The notes under the pieces were generated by a model. It was not told the DNA's origin and did not search any database. It saw only the letters and a program-made list of their open reading frames with translations. From contig OZ024742.1 of the NCBI GenBank assembly GCA_964016885.1, forward strand, positions 335,544,001 through 335,608,000: a stretch of 64,000 bases of DNA, given 5' to 3'. Below, one piece after another: positions 41,901-56,660 of the stretch; position 1 is the stretch's first letter, and every line of letters begins with the position of its first letter. The DNA is from Eledone cirrhosa (taxonomy: Eukaryota). Made by a program: the position numbers and the translations under genes.

Positions 41901-43075
41901 GTCCCTGCTTCCAAGTTTGGAATTTCTTCTCTAGTTCTACCATAGATTCAGCTATAAGTGTGAGGTCATCAGCATACAGGAGTTCCCATGGGCATCCGGT
42001 CTTAAACTCCTCCGTTATTGACTGCAGGACTATGATGAACAGGAGAGGGCTAAGAACAGAGCCCTGGTGGACCCCAACCTGTACGCTAAATTCCTCGCTA
42101 TACTCATTGCTAATCCTAACTTTGCTGACTGCTCCTCTATACATGGCTTGTACAGCTTTCACAAGCCATTCATCTACTCCTAGTTTTCTAAGAGCCCACC
42201 AGATTACAGCACGTAGAACTCTGTCAAAGGCTTTCTTGAGATCGACGAATGCCAGGTAGAGTGGCTTACTTTTAGCTAGGTACTTTTCCTGTAACTGCAT
42301 CACAAGAAAGAGGGCATCAGTGGTGCCTCTTCCTGGTACAAACCCAAATTGCATCTCATCTAGTTTCACCCGGTCCCTAATCAACTGTGCTATAACTCTT
42401 TCTGTTACTTTCATGACCTGGTCCATCAGCTTTATACCTCTATAGTTTCCTCTATCTAGTGCATAGCCTTTACCTTTGTAGCAGTTGACAATGATGCTAC
42501 TGCACCAATCTTTTGGTATGGCCCCTTCTAGTATTACCTGGTTAACAATACGTGTGGTTATAGTGTGGCCTACAGACCCAGATGCCTTCAGCATCTCGGC
42601 AGCTATACCCGATGGACCGGTTGCCTTCCCCATCTTCATATCTTTAATTGCCTTACTTACTACGCTGCTGCTGACTTGTACTGCTGGCCCCTCTATAGGG
42701 TCTACTTAGGGTAGGGTCTCTTCTTCCCATGTATTCTCCTCATTTAGTAATCTATCATAATGACTCTTCCATGCATCTTACTTCTCAGCACTTGTGAGGG
42801 CAAGCTCACCTTTATCAATCCGGATACACTTCTCTCCAATGACATCACAATTCTCTCTGACACACTGCCTCGCAATCTTGAACACCTCAAGCATACGTCA
42901 ATTTCCTTTCACTCTAGCATTTCTACAATTTCTCCTGCTCTTCCTTTCATTGTGCTTACGTTGATGGTTCCAACTCAGAGTTTTGGACATTTCCCATCAT
43001 TTGTGAGAAAGGATGAATTTTTGCAGGGGAGTGTGTATGCTTCCTGTCTCTGAATTAAAGCTTCGCATGGGTGCT
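38994..43075 (-). mobile_element. Older RTE LINE (APE-RT, internally deleted), split by a nested RTE copy
   Basis: The 5' part reads VGTINVSTMKGRAGEIVEML…KEIDVC and ends at 42891. It resumes as CVQETRWKG… at 40714. RT fragments and a (GAT)n tail lie at ~38994. Confidence 0.85.
40715..42890 (-). mobile_element. 5'-truncated RTE LINE with RT, PHD-like Cys cluster and (GAT)n tail
   Basis: ORF 41743-42639: NYRGIKL, FVDLKKAFDRV, HQGSVLSP, LLYADDL, followed by CSVC…CPKC…HKRC…CSSC. The 3'UTR has GGTGTTAGGAAGAGCATCC and ends in a (GAT)n tail. Confidence 0.92.
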
Positions 43076-44504
43076 TGGTAACCCGTGGATTCATATTAAT
43101 TTATTTGTTCAGGGTTGTTGCATTTATCCATAGATAACGGTAAACAAAAATTCTTTGGTGCAGGACTAGAAGGACAGTAGGAGTAATGGCAGAGTTTGTT
43201 GGGGCTGGTAATGGGTAAGGACATGTTGCTGAGGTTTGATTGGTCAAATAGCCAATGGTGGTGAGTTGGAAATTGTGAGATAGGTAGCCATCATGACATA
43301 TATCGTCACAGGAGATTTGGGGGATATAAGTAGGCATATTAGACAAGGCGAATATGCAAGAATTTCGAAGATGGTCACCTAGCTTTGTAAACACCGAAAT
43401 GAATGAGTGAGATAAAGGGAGGTAATGGCGGGGGTTAGGGATGAGTTTGTAGAGAAAGACACAATGTCCAACATGGTTTATATCAAAAACAAGGTCGAAG
43501 TATATACGTTGTGGGAACAAGTGAATGATAATAATGTAAACAAAACATTTTGAAATTGGGAAAGAGATACCTGTAGAATAGAAATAATCTATGGATGTCT
43601 CGGATATAAGTTATATATATATATATGTTGTGATGTCACTGGTGTCAAGCTGTATCAGCCATTGCCTTTCCTTGGACAACATATATAGTGTTTAATATAT
43701 ATTGTACACAGTGTATATATAATATATATATAGTGTATTTATACTGTACACAGTGTACATATAATATATATATAGTGTATATATATGTTGTGATGTCACT
43801 GCTGCCAAGCTGTATCAGCCATTACCTTTCCCTTGGACAACATCAGTGGCGTGGAGAGGGTAGACTGGTATACTTGGGTAACTGCTGGTCTTCCTCAAAC
43901 AACCAGACCTGTGCCTCAGAGGGGAACTTTCTAGTTGCAAATCACATGGTCATTCGTGACTGACGGGGGTCTTTTATATCTTAGGTGTGTATATAGTAAT
44001 GTGTGTATATATAGATGTGTATTGATGTCCATGTTGGAGTCATTGATACCAATGCTAGGGAAGGCTAGTCTTCTATATTACTGTATAACACCAAAGATCT
44101 CGATCCTGTGTCATTGTATTTGAGAAGTACAATTGTGTGAGGTCAGCTTTTATAACCTCAAATTAGGTCTTCCTACTCCATAGCTTCCATCAAACATGTG
44201 AGGTCAGCTTTTATCACCTCATCCTATGTCTTCTTACTCCACAGCTTCCATCAGTTTTATAAAATGCTTCAAAATGATTTAGAAAAAATTTTAATCAAAA
44301 TCAAAATTTAATCCCAAAGAGAGGAAATTGGAACATTATCCACTGAAAGTTGCTTAACCCTTTAACATTTAAACTGGTCATAACTGGCCAGAATTCTGTC
44401 CCCTTTTTCTGTTCAAACTGGCTGTAACTGGCCACTCTTATTGATATTAAGGTATTGTTCTCAATATAAATAATATCAAAATCTCATAGATTCGATATTA
44501 TGTG

Positions 44505-45135
44505 ACATATGTGAGGTAAAGGCTTTACCATGGAAATATAATAGTATATATATAAATTAATGTAAATGTTATGTGAGGTAAAGACTTTACCATGGAAATA
44601 TAATAGTATATATAGAGTAATCTAAATGTTATGTGAGATATTATGTGAGGTAAAGACTTTACTGTGAAAATATAATAGTGTATATAGAGTAATGTAAATG
44701 TTATGTGAGGTAAAGACTTTGCTGTGAAAATATAATAGTAAATATAGAGTAATGTAAATGTTATGTGAGGTAAAGACTTTACCATGGAAATATAATAGTA
44801 TATATAGAAGAATGTAAATGTTATGTGAGTTTAAGACTTAACTGTGAAAATGCAATTGTCAATATAGAGTAATGTAAATGTTATGTAAGATATTATGTGA
44901 GGTAAAGACTTTACTGTGAAAATATAATAGTATATATAGAGTAATGTAAATATTATGTGAGGTAAAGACTTTACCATGAAAATATAATAGTATATATAGA
45001 GTAATCTAAATGCTATGTAAGGTAAATACTTCACCATGGAAATATAATAGTAAATATAGAGTAATGTAAATGTTATGTGAGGTAAAGCCTTTACCATGAA
45101 AATACAATAGTATATATAGAGTAATGTAAATGCTA
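44505..45135. repeat. 60-bp minisatellite (~10 copies)
   Basis: Unit AAATGTTATGTGAGGTAAAGACTTTACCATGGAAATATAATAGTATATATAGAGTAATGT. Confidence 0.9.
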
Positions 45136-45321
45136 ATGTGTTAAACACCAAAGAAGGGACTTTTAGGTCCCGAAATATTGGACAGATAAAAAAAGAAAAA
45201 AGAAACAAAGATTACCAGGTAACTTTTACTTTTCCTTACCTCATCTTACAGTCCATTTTGCATTCTTTCAACGTTATATATTATATAGAATGCTTCAAAC
45301 AAACTACAACATTTTATTATA

Positions 45322-45780
45322 TATCATCATCATCATCGATTAACATCCATCTTCCACGCTAGCATGGGTTAGCCAGGTCCCATTTAGACACAAATTGGGT
45401 CTGGTGACTGTGTCTCGCTCATATAGGGGTGTTTCTGGCTGCTTTTCTACTGCTGGATGCCCTTCCTAACGCCAACCACATTTACAGTGTAGGCTGGGTG
45501 CTTTTTGCTGTGTCTTTTACAAGTCCAGTGTAGGCCGGGTGTTTTTTGCTGTGTCTTTTACACATCCAGTGTGGGAGGGATATATATATATATATATATG
45601 TATCATCACCATTTAGCATCCATTTTTCCATTCTTGCATGGGTTAGACAGGTTGTCCATGCCAGGAGGCAAGTTTGGCCATGGTTCGCTATGTGTCGTAT
45701 CTTGCTCCGGTGAGACTGTAAATTTGGCTGGGTATTTTACAGCTGGATGCCCTTCCTGACACCAACCACGTTTACATTGT
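45322..45780 (-). mobile_element. Two RTE 3'-tail/SINE fragments
   Basis: (CAT)n start and CTGGATGCCCTTCCT motif, as in other RTE tails in this window. Confidence 0.75.
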
Positions 45781-46919
45781 GTGTGTGTGACAGCTCACAC
45801 CTATGCAGGTTTAGCTGGTCTCCTCTAAGGTATATCTCGTTGGTCTCTTGGGTAATTTAATGATAGGGACCCCAGTCCTATCATCTCATTTCTACAGCTG
45901 AGTAAACTGGAGCAACGTGAAATAAAGTGTCTTGCTCAAGGAAACAACACATCACCTGGTTCGAGAATTGAACTCACAACCTTTCGATTGCAAGCCCAAT
46001 GCTCTAACCACTAAGCCATGCGCCTTCACGTTTACAGTGTGGAAATGGATGGCTCCGTTATGAGGAGGGACAGGCAAGCTGGCTGTGCCAAACCCGCCTC
46101 ACATTGGAACCATAGAGTTTTGGGGCCTGGTACTAGGTGGTACCACTATGAGAAGGGTTGGCCAGTCGACTGTGCCGAACCCATCTCACAAGGTTACTAT
46201 TGTTTTGGGGCCTGGTACTGGAAGGCACCACTATGAGGAGGGACGGCCAGTTGGCTGCACCACTATGAGAAGAGGTGGCCAGTTGACCGAACCAAACCCA
46301 TCTCACAATGTTACCACACTTTTGGGGACCTGTACTAGATGACACCACTATGGTGATGGTGTAGCTGAAGTTTGACTTATATATAGCCTTGGTTTATATA
46401 AATAAAGAAACATCACACAGTTTACCAATGTACAATATTTACCGGTGCCAAAGATGCTTCATCCTCGAGGACTCACCCTAATTTTGTCAACCAAACATTT
46501 GAAAAAAAATAATAAACAACCTTCGGCCTCCAGGAAGAATGGTTGATTGTTGAGATTTATTTTAGGCAAAAAATAACATCTTCAATGCTGGGAAATATGG
46601 TGAAAATGTAAAATTTCCACTGTTAAATCTATCCCTGTATTTTAAGTATTCTCTATTATCTCGTACTGTTTCTTTCTTATAAGTCCTATAAGAATGAATT
46701 TTATGCTAAACTGCCATAGAGCAGACCTCTGAAGAGATAGAAGGATAAAATTTATATAGCATGCTGAAATACCACTGCTTACATTGTAGAGAATTGCTCT
46801 GGACAGGAAAGTTGATATCTACAGTTTACCAATATAGAAATATAAAATTTCCACTGTTAAATCTATCTCTGCTTTTTAAGTATTCTCTATTATCTCATAC
46901 TGTTTCTTTCTTATTTCAG

Positions 46920-49150
<2,231 letters not shown>

Positions 49151-49439
49151 TGAGACAAGATAAAAACCATATCACTCACCGAAAATAGTGCCACCAATGT
49201 TAATATTTTGAATAAAACTGTTTTACTACGAAATTCTTCTCCTTTCATTTTATTTGTAGAAGTTGTAACCAAGACTTGTGCTGACAAAACTGTATTGTTC
49301 AGAATTTACATACGCTATATATATATGTGAATGTATGTGTGTAGAAATTTGTATCCATGTATATGTTTGTATATAAGTATGTGCATATCTGTGTTTGATT
49401 TATTTGTGTATGTATGTGTGTATATGTACGTCATTTTCA

Positions 49440-50070
49440 TCAATATCATCACTGTTTTTATGTCCATTTTTCCATGCTTGCTTGGGTTGCACAGGTCCTT
49501 CTCAACATGGCATCTTTGAACTTGTCGTGTTCCTTTGTCATCTCCTCTGTGAGAGTCAGTGATTAGAAGTCAGTTCACACAGCCTCTGTCCAGGTCTTTC
49601 TTGGTCTACCTCTACTATGGCTTCCTTCCACTGGGATTTCCTGGCACTTCTTCACCCAGTAGTCATTATCCATGTGCATCACATGTCCGTACAAACACAG
49701 TCTTCTCTCTTACACACCACTTCAGATCACTCTTAAACCCAGCTTCTTCTTGAACTTGTCCAAGCTCTGCCTTTCTCTCACACTTAAACAACATATCCTA
49801 CAAAGCATGGTTGTTGTATTTCTCTCCAGTCTACATATCCTCTGCCGTCACAGCCCTTGTTTCGTTACCATGCATCATTGCACATCACCCACATGTGTCA
49901 TACAGTCGTCCTTTTATACAGAGAGAAACCTTTTGTGGTCAACTGTTGCAGTAGCTCTCTAAACTTTTTCCATCCTATCCTTATTCTAGCTATTCATCTT
50001 TCAGAGCAGCCCCCTCCACTGCTAATTAAGTCACCTAGATTGCAAAAGCTATCAACCACTTCTATGTGTA
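49440..50070 (-). mobile_element. Decayed RTE LINE 3' fragment
   Basis: Hand translation gives VVDSF…LGDLISSGGGCS…RIRIGWKKFREL-like and RRLC…GHV-like motifs. Confidence 0.8.
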
Positions 50071-50309
50071 TCTAATTACATATATAATTAAGTCTGACAA
50101 TTCCACCACTAAAGATTTACCTCCCTTTTTGACAATATGAAACTCGTCTGTTTGGGGTGAAAATTGTTGGAGGAAAGAACTTCCTTTTAATATTTGTCAG
50201 CATGCCCAAGGTGAGTTAGCTAAGAAAGTAGATTTCACATGGGGTCATTGCACTGGAGCAGTAAGAAGCAATCGCTTTTAGGAAACAAGCTCTATCAAAT
50301 ATTTAAAAG

Positions 50310-50725
50310 ATTCCATAGAAGCAGTTGACAGTTTCTGTTACCTAGGTGACCAAATATGCAGTGGAGGTAGGTGTTCTGAAAGTACAGTAACCAGAGTAAG
50401 AACAAGATGGCAAAGGTTTAGGTTGCTACTACTGCTGCTAGCTACAAAAGGTTGTTTCATCAAAGTGATGTCTGCATATGAACAGCAATGCTGCATTGCA
50501 GTGAGATGTGGGCGGTGTGTGCAGAGGACCTCCGAAGATTGGAGAGAAATGAAGCTTGAATTCTCCGATGGATGTGTAATATTAATATACATGAAGAGAA
50601 AAGTGTAAATAAACTGAGAGAGAACCTGGGCATAAGAGGGATAAGATACATTATGCAGGAGAGGAGATTGCTGTGGTATGGACATGTGATGTGTATGAAG
50701 GTAGAAATGCTGTGTAAAAGGTTGA
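50310..50725 (+). mobile_element. Decayed RTE LINE fragment
   Basis: SIEAVDSFCYLGDQICSGG…; QERRLLWYGHV. Confidence 0.8.
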
Positions 50726-50742
50726 CCGCTTGAAATTCATGG

Positions 50743-50999
50743 AAAATAAAGTACCAGTAATGCACTGGGTAATTGCTGGCCTTGTACCAAAAAGTAGAAA
50801 CAATTATTTAAGGGCGGTGGATTGGCAGTATCGGGTGAGGGTCGGACGCCATGCTTTGCAGCAAAGAGTTACGGCCCTTTATGGTCTGAGTTCAAATCCT
50901 GCCGAGGTTAACTTTGCCTTTCATCCTTACGGGGTCGATAAAATAAAGTACCAGTAATGTACTGGGATAATTGCTGGCCTTGTGCCAAAAGTAGAAATA
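50743..50999 (+). mobile_element. SINE (same family as 22692-23022)
   Basis: GAGTTCAAATCC…AACTTTGCCTTTCATCCTTACGGGGTCGATAAAATAAAGTACCAG. Confidence 0.82.
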
Positions 51000-51606
51000 A
51001 TTATAACTTTAATTAATCTAATTCAATCTTGTGTAACAATTATATATACACACAATCGTCTTTCCCCGACATCAGTCTTTCACTGTCATATCTATTCTTA
51101 CTTTACAATTGTGTCTACTAAGAGTTACATTACAATCTGTAGTAGTAAACCTACTATTTCACCAGAACATCTGCTATCAGTCATTTATAGACAATATATA
51201 TATTTTAGACCACATATCAACCTAATATATATATATATTTCCTATCAAATCTGTAGCTAAAGACATAAAGTCAGCCTCACTACTTCATTCTAACAAGATA
51301 TCAATTTATGACTAAAGATAAAGAAGATACACCAACGTTAATGTCATGAAATAAAGCTGATAACATCTTTGAAACTTCTAATTTGATAACAAAGAGATTA
51401 TTTCTTTGGTTGTTTAGTAAAAACTAACAACACAACACATTGATTATATCTGAAGGAGGTAAGGTAACAAAGATTTACTTAATGTCTATATTAATGTTTG
51501 TAAATAATATAATTATGTGAACCCTACAACGATCCAGTAATTATATACAAGTGAAAATATATATAACATTGGAAAAATATATTTCTCCACTTTTATATAT
51601 AGAAAA
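51000..51606. repeat. Dispersed ~610-bp AT-rich repeat, copy 2
   Basis: Matches 37853-38470. Confidence 0.8.
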
Positions 51607-51654
51607 AAAACTTCCAAACTGAAATGTTGGCGTGATATTTTTCACTTAGCAGAT

Positions 51655-52080
51655 TCCACTGTTACAAACACATCTACTGTGTTACATACACACATATCTA
51701 CTGTGTTACATACACATATCTACTGTGTTACATACACACATCTACTGTGTTACACACACATCTACTGTGCAACATACACACACACACATCTACTGTGTTA
51801 CATACACACACATATACTGAGTTACATACACACATCTACTGTGTTACATGCACACATCTACTGTGTTACACACACACATCTACTGAGTTACATACACACA
51901 CACATCTGTGTTACATACACACATCTACTGTGTTACACACATCCACTGAGTTACATACACACTTCTGTTACATACACACACATCTACTGGATTACACACA
52001 CACACATCTACTGTGTTACATACACACATCTACTGTTACATACACACACATCTACTGTGTTACATACACACACATCTACT
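51655..52080. repeat. ~24-bp minisatellite CATCTACTGTGTTACATACACACA
   Basis: Visible tandem units with variable CA run. Confidence 0.9.
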
Positions 52081-52575
52081 GAGAAGCTATGTTTTTGTGA
52101 TATCTGTGGTAATTCTCTGAAAAGGGTTCTTTAACTGCACACAAACATATACATACAGGAGACAAGGCATATCATTGAGATCTGTAGTATGTCATTCTCC
52201 CTAAATACTAACTTAACTACTTACAAACGTATACATACAGGATCGAAACCATATCACTGTGATATCTGTGGTAAATCATTCTCTCAAAGTAGTACCTGAA
52301 CTTCTCACAAATGTGTGCATACAGGAGACATGCCATATCAAATGGAAATCTGTGGTAAATCATTCTCTCAAGGTAGTCCCTTAACTAGACACAAACGTAC
52401 CCATACAGGTGAGAAACCATATTACTGTGATATATGTGGGAACTCATTTTCTCTATCAGATACTTTAATTAAACACACACGTACCCATACAGGAGAGGAA
52501 CCATATCACTGTGATGTCTGTAGTAAATCATTCTCTTGTAAAGGTTACTTAATGCAACACAATCAGACAAGATAA
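52081..52575 (+). pseudogene. Second C2H2 zinc-finger pseudogene (about 6 fingers)
   Basis: CDICGNSL…, CDICGNSFSLSDTLIKHTRTHTGEEPYHCDVCSKSFSCKGYLMQH, with stops and frameshifts. The last finger and 3'UTR are paralogous to 49090-49315. Confidence 0.88.
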
Positions 52576-52727
52576 AGACCCTATCACTCACCCAAAATAG
52601 TGCCACCAATGTTATAAATGTTTTAAATAATACTTGTCTATTCTGAAGTTATTCTCCTTTAATTTTATTTGCATAAATTGTGACCAAGACTTGTGCTGAC
52701 AAAACTGTATAGTACAGAATTTACTAA

Positions 52728-52765
<38 letters not shown>

Positions 52766-52767
<2 letters not shown>

Positions 52768-53108
52768 CAAAAATACACCCCCGTCCCACTACCCCCACCC
52801 CATCCACACCACCCCTTTCAATGTAAAGTTATGTTGGTACCACAACATCCAGTCCGAAACAAATGAGGTCGTGTAGGTGTCACGACAAAAAAGACACAGT
52901 CCACGCTGTAATGTGGCCGTGTAGGTAACACGGTAAAAACCTCCCAGTCCACACTGTAAACGTGGTTGGTGTTAGGAAGGGCATCCAGCCGTAGAAAACC
53001 TGCCAGATAGTCCTATACGAGCAAGACAACCACTCTTGCCTCAAGTGGGAAAACGCCCGTCCAAACCCATGCAAGCGTGGAAGATGGACGTTAAACGATG
53101 ATGATGAT
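52766..53108 (+). mobile_element. RTE 3' tail
   Basis: Reverse complement of 54437-54783; ends …GGACGTTAAACGATGATGATGAT. Confidence 0.85.
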
Positions 53109-53119
53109 ATATATATATA

Positions 53120-54225
53120 TCATCATTATCATCATCATCATACATCTGCTTTTCCCTGCTTGCAAGGGTGGGACGGGTCTTATTAAGCATGGCATATCTC
53201 CACTCTTCTCGATCCCATGTCATCTCTGAGCTTCAGCGATCTGAGGTCAGCTCCACCACCTCCGCCCATGTTTTTCATGGTCTTCCTTGACCACGTCTTC
53301 CTTCAACTGGCATTTCCTGGCACTTCTTCACCCATCGGTCATCCTCCATGGGCATCACATGTCCATACATCACAGTCTTCTCTCCCACACACTACAACAT
53401 ATCTCTCTTATACACAGTTTCACTCTCAACTCATCTATGCTTCTTCATTCACGCACATTGACATTGCACATCCAACGGAGCATGCTTGCTTCATTTCTCT
53501 TCATCCGTTGCATATCCTCTGCAGTTGCTGCCCATATCTCACTACCATGCAGCATCGCGCATCTCACACAGGCATCATATAACTGGCCTTTCGTATGCAT
53601 GGAGAAACCCTTCTTTGTCAACAAAGGAAGCACCTCCCTAAACTTCTTCCAACCCATCCTTATTCTGGATACTATGGCCTCAGAGCACCCTCCTCACTTA
53701 CTAATCTGATCACCTAGGTACCGGAAGCTATTAACCACCTCTATAGAACCCACCTGCATTGAAAAAATGTGTCTATCACTGCAATTACTACTGCCAACTT
53801 TCCCTGTACATTTACTGCATATATAGTTTTCCCTACCTGTTAGTTTGCTTGCTATCCCACTACACCTCTTGTATACCCAAGATCTGTATTGTGTGCATTT
53901 TATACAATTTATACCAACTCCTTTTCTACTTATCGAACATGGCCATTTCCCTGATGGAATCAGGGTTTTGTCCTCGTTTCTATTCATCAACACTTTATAG
54001 TCTTTGCTAGGTTCACTCTCAGTTCTCTTAATTCCAACTGCTGTTTCCATAGCCAGAATTTATTCTCTAGTTCCTCTACTGATTCTGCTATAAGAACCAG
54101 ATCATCAGCATAGAGAAGTTCCCATGGGCAGCCAGTCTTAAACTCCTCTGTTATGGCTTGGAGAACTATAACGAATAAGAGTGGGCTGACAACCGAACAC
54201 TGGTCAACTTCTACTTGTATCTGGA
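53120..54225 (-). mobile_element. Decayed RTE LINE fragment (RT C-terminal half)
   Basis: CPWELLYADDL, SGKWPCS, YLGDQIS, GWKKFREVLPLL. Confidence 0.88.
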
Positions 54226-54436
54226 TTTCCTGATGCTTTTCCTATTACCCACTCTACTACCTTAAGTATCGGTACTAGGTGCGTTATGGTCTACCTGGTT
54301 TCTTACCACACTTTCTTTGTATATTTAAATATATATATATATTTAAATATACATGTATATATATATTTAAATATACATGTATATATATATTTAAATGTAT
54401 ATGTATATATATATTTAAATGTATATGTATATATAT

Positions 54437-54960
54437 ATCATCATCATCATCGTTTAACGTCCATCTTCCACGCTGCATGGGTTTGGACGGGAGTTTTCCC
54501 ACTTGAGGCAAGAGTGGTTGTCTTGCTCGCATAGGACTGTCTGGCAGGTTTTCTATGGCTGAATGCCCTTCCTAACACCAACCACATTTACAGTGTGGAC
54601 TGGGAGGTTTTTACCGTGTTACCTACACGGCCACATTACAGCGTGAACTGTGTGTTTTTTTTGTCGTGACACCTACACGACCTCATTTGTTTCGGACTGG
54701 ATGTTGTGGTACCAACATAACTTCACATTGAAGGGGGTGGTGTGGATGGAGTAGGGGTAGTGGGACAGGGTTGTATTTTTGTTAGAGGTGCCTACTGACT
54801 GTAGGTTTCACTTTGTACTTAGGCAAGGCGGGTCTTCTGTATTACTGTGTAGCGCCAAAGATATCGGTCCAGTGACATTGTCTTGGAGAGGTGTAAGTGT
54901 GTGAGGTCGTCCCAGGTTTTTCTGGGTCTGCCTACTCCGTCGTACTGTCCATGCTTGGTG
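54437..54960 (-). mobile_element. RTE 3' fragment
   Basis: (CAT)n tail, 3'UTR and GRPRKTWD motif. Confidence 0.85.
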
Positions 54961-55290
54961 AGAGGTAGTATTGTGACCTGTAAAAACTAACACTCTCCCA
55001 TCCACTCTGGCTTTCGGCTGACTGCCACAGAAGGGACCGGTAGCAGTAAACTATGGTACAGGCCTAAATGGGTCATTGTTTGGCTGAGAGGGTGAACTGA
55101 CTAAGCGAATTTCGTTGAAATCGGGGGTAGCTAATGGTCAATTTCCTTCGGACATGCGCCTGCGCAGACCGGTGGGGGTGAATTGGTACTCACAGGGGAA
55201 CGGATGAAGAACCCAAAAGCACACACTTCGTCCGTTCCCATGTCGATTCAACTTGGATTGCCTCGGAAACATAACCTTATTATGTAACAA

Positions 55291-55364
55291 GCTGTCTGAT
55301 GATGTCACAACACTCACACACAGAACAGTGTGGCCAGTGTCGTCATTGAAATATATATCACAGC
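55291..55364 (+). ncRNA. Type I hammerhead ribozyme motif
   Basis: Stem I GCUGU/ACAGC; CUGAUGA at 55296; stem II with ACACU/AGUGU; GAAA at 55348; palindromic UAUAUA; AUC triplet (cut after C55359). Confidence 0.78.
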
Positions 55365-55411
55365 ATTATTATTAAAGGACTTGAACATCTGAAACTACTT
55401 CGCTTTTACTT

Positions 55412-55440
<29 letters not shown>

Positions 55441-55442
<2 letters not shown>

Positions 55443-55983
55443 CATTTCATCATCATTTCATTTTACGTCCGCTTTTCCCTGCTTGCAAGGGTGGGACGGG
55501 AACTGATTATGGCTTGATTTCTACAGCTGGATGCCCTTCCTAACACCAACCTCATTTTCTGTGAGTGCTGGGTGCTTTTTTGCCGTGGCACCTCCACGAC
55601 CACTTTGCAGTAGAATGATAGGGACCCCAATCTCTATCATCTCATTTCTTCAGCTGAGTAAACTGGAGCAATGTGAAATCAAGTGTCTTACTCAAGGAAA
55701 CAACACATCACCCGGTCTGAGAATTGAACTCACAACCTTTCGATTGCAAGGCCAATGCTCTAACCACTAAGCCATGTGCCTCCATAAAAAATTCTCAGAC
55801 CGGGTGATGTGTTGTTTCCTTGAGCAAGACACTTTATTTCACATTGCTCTAGTTTACTCAGCTGAAGAAATGAGATGATAGGGACTGGGGTCCCTATCAT
55901 TCCACTGCAAAGTGGTCGTGGAGGTGCCACGGCAAAAAAGCACCCAGCACTCACTGCAAATGAGGTTGGTGTTAGGAAGGGCA
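55441..55983. mobile_element. tRNA/CORE-like SINE with RTE-derived tail (-), plus an inverted partial copy (+)
   Basis: Arms 55532-55725 and 55790-55983 are reverse complements. The spacer contains the tRNA head (A box TGGCTTAGTGG on the minus strand). Confidence 0.85.
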
Positions 55984-55984
55984 A

Positions 55985-56655
55985 CAAATCCGGCATAGCC
56001 AGATATAGTTCGTATGGAAGACCATCGAGACCCGGGGATTTGCGTTTGCCGCATTGGCTCAGCACGTCCTCTATCTCAGCGGCTGAAATCGGCTCCTCGT
56101 AGGACTTCTCCTCCTCGTCCGAAAGACGCGGCAGGCCGTCGAGGTATGGACCGAAGTCCACTTCCCCAACCCGCTGCCCGCCCCTTCCGAACAATCGGGC
56201 AAAGTGCCTTTGAAAGGCCTCACACATCTGCTTAGGTTCAAGGATCGCCCGTCCATCCTGGTCTCGCAAAGACCGGATGGTGGATTTAATTCCACTCTTG
56301 GCTTCTGTCACACGGGCCCAGCTAACAGCTTTGGTCCCCTCATTTCCTATAGCATGTATTTTACTTCGGACAACGCAGCCTTTGTGCTTCGCGTCGAAAA
56401 ACTGGCTCAAAGCCGTTCTCAGGCCACGTCGCCGCTTCTAATAGCCTCTTCTACTCTGTCTATCAGCTCCCTTCCCTTCCTATTCCTATCCGCAGCTAAA
56501 ACCTTACTAAATTCTATCGAGACTAATCTAATCTCTTTCTTTAGAGATACCCACCACCTGCTGTTGACGATCGCTCCAGTCAACCGCTCCTTAACTAACA
56601 TACTAATCCGGTTCCTGTAAGCTTTACTTGCCGGTAGGGACAAGTTCAGCTTCCA
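55985..56655 (-). mobile_element. Tx1 ORF2 fragment (paralog of ~14810-15495)
   Basis: WKLNLSLP…, QFFDAKH…PKQMCEAFQRHF…KSPGLDGLPYELYLAMP. Confidence 0.9.
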
Positions 56656-56660
56656 TAAAT

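Noticed and set aside
44355-44440. piggyBac-like end TTAACCCTTT
   Set aside because: No matching opposite terminus was found, so support is too weak.
46060-46350. ~85-bp GC-richer tandem repeat with short ORFs
   Set aside because: About three diverged copies with no recognisable coding or structural signal.
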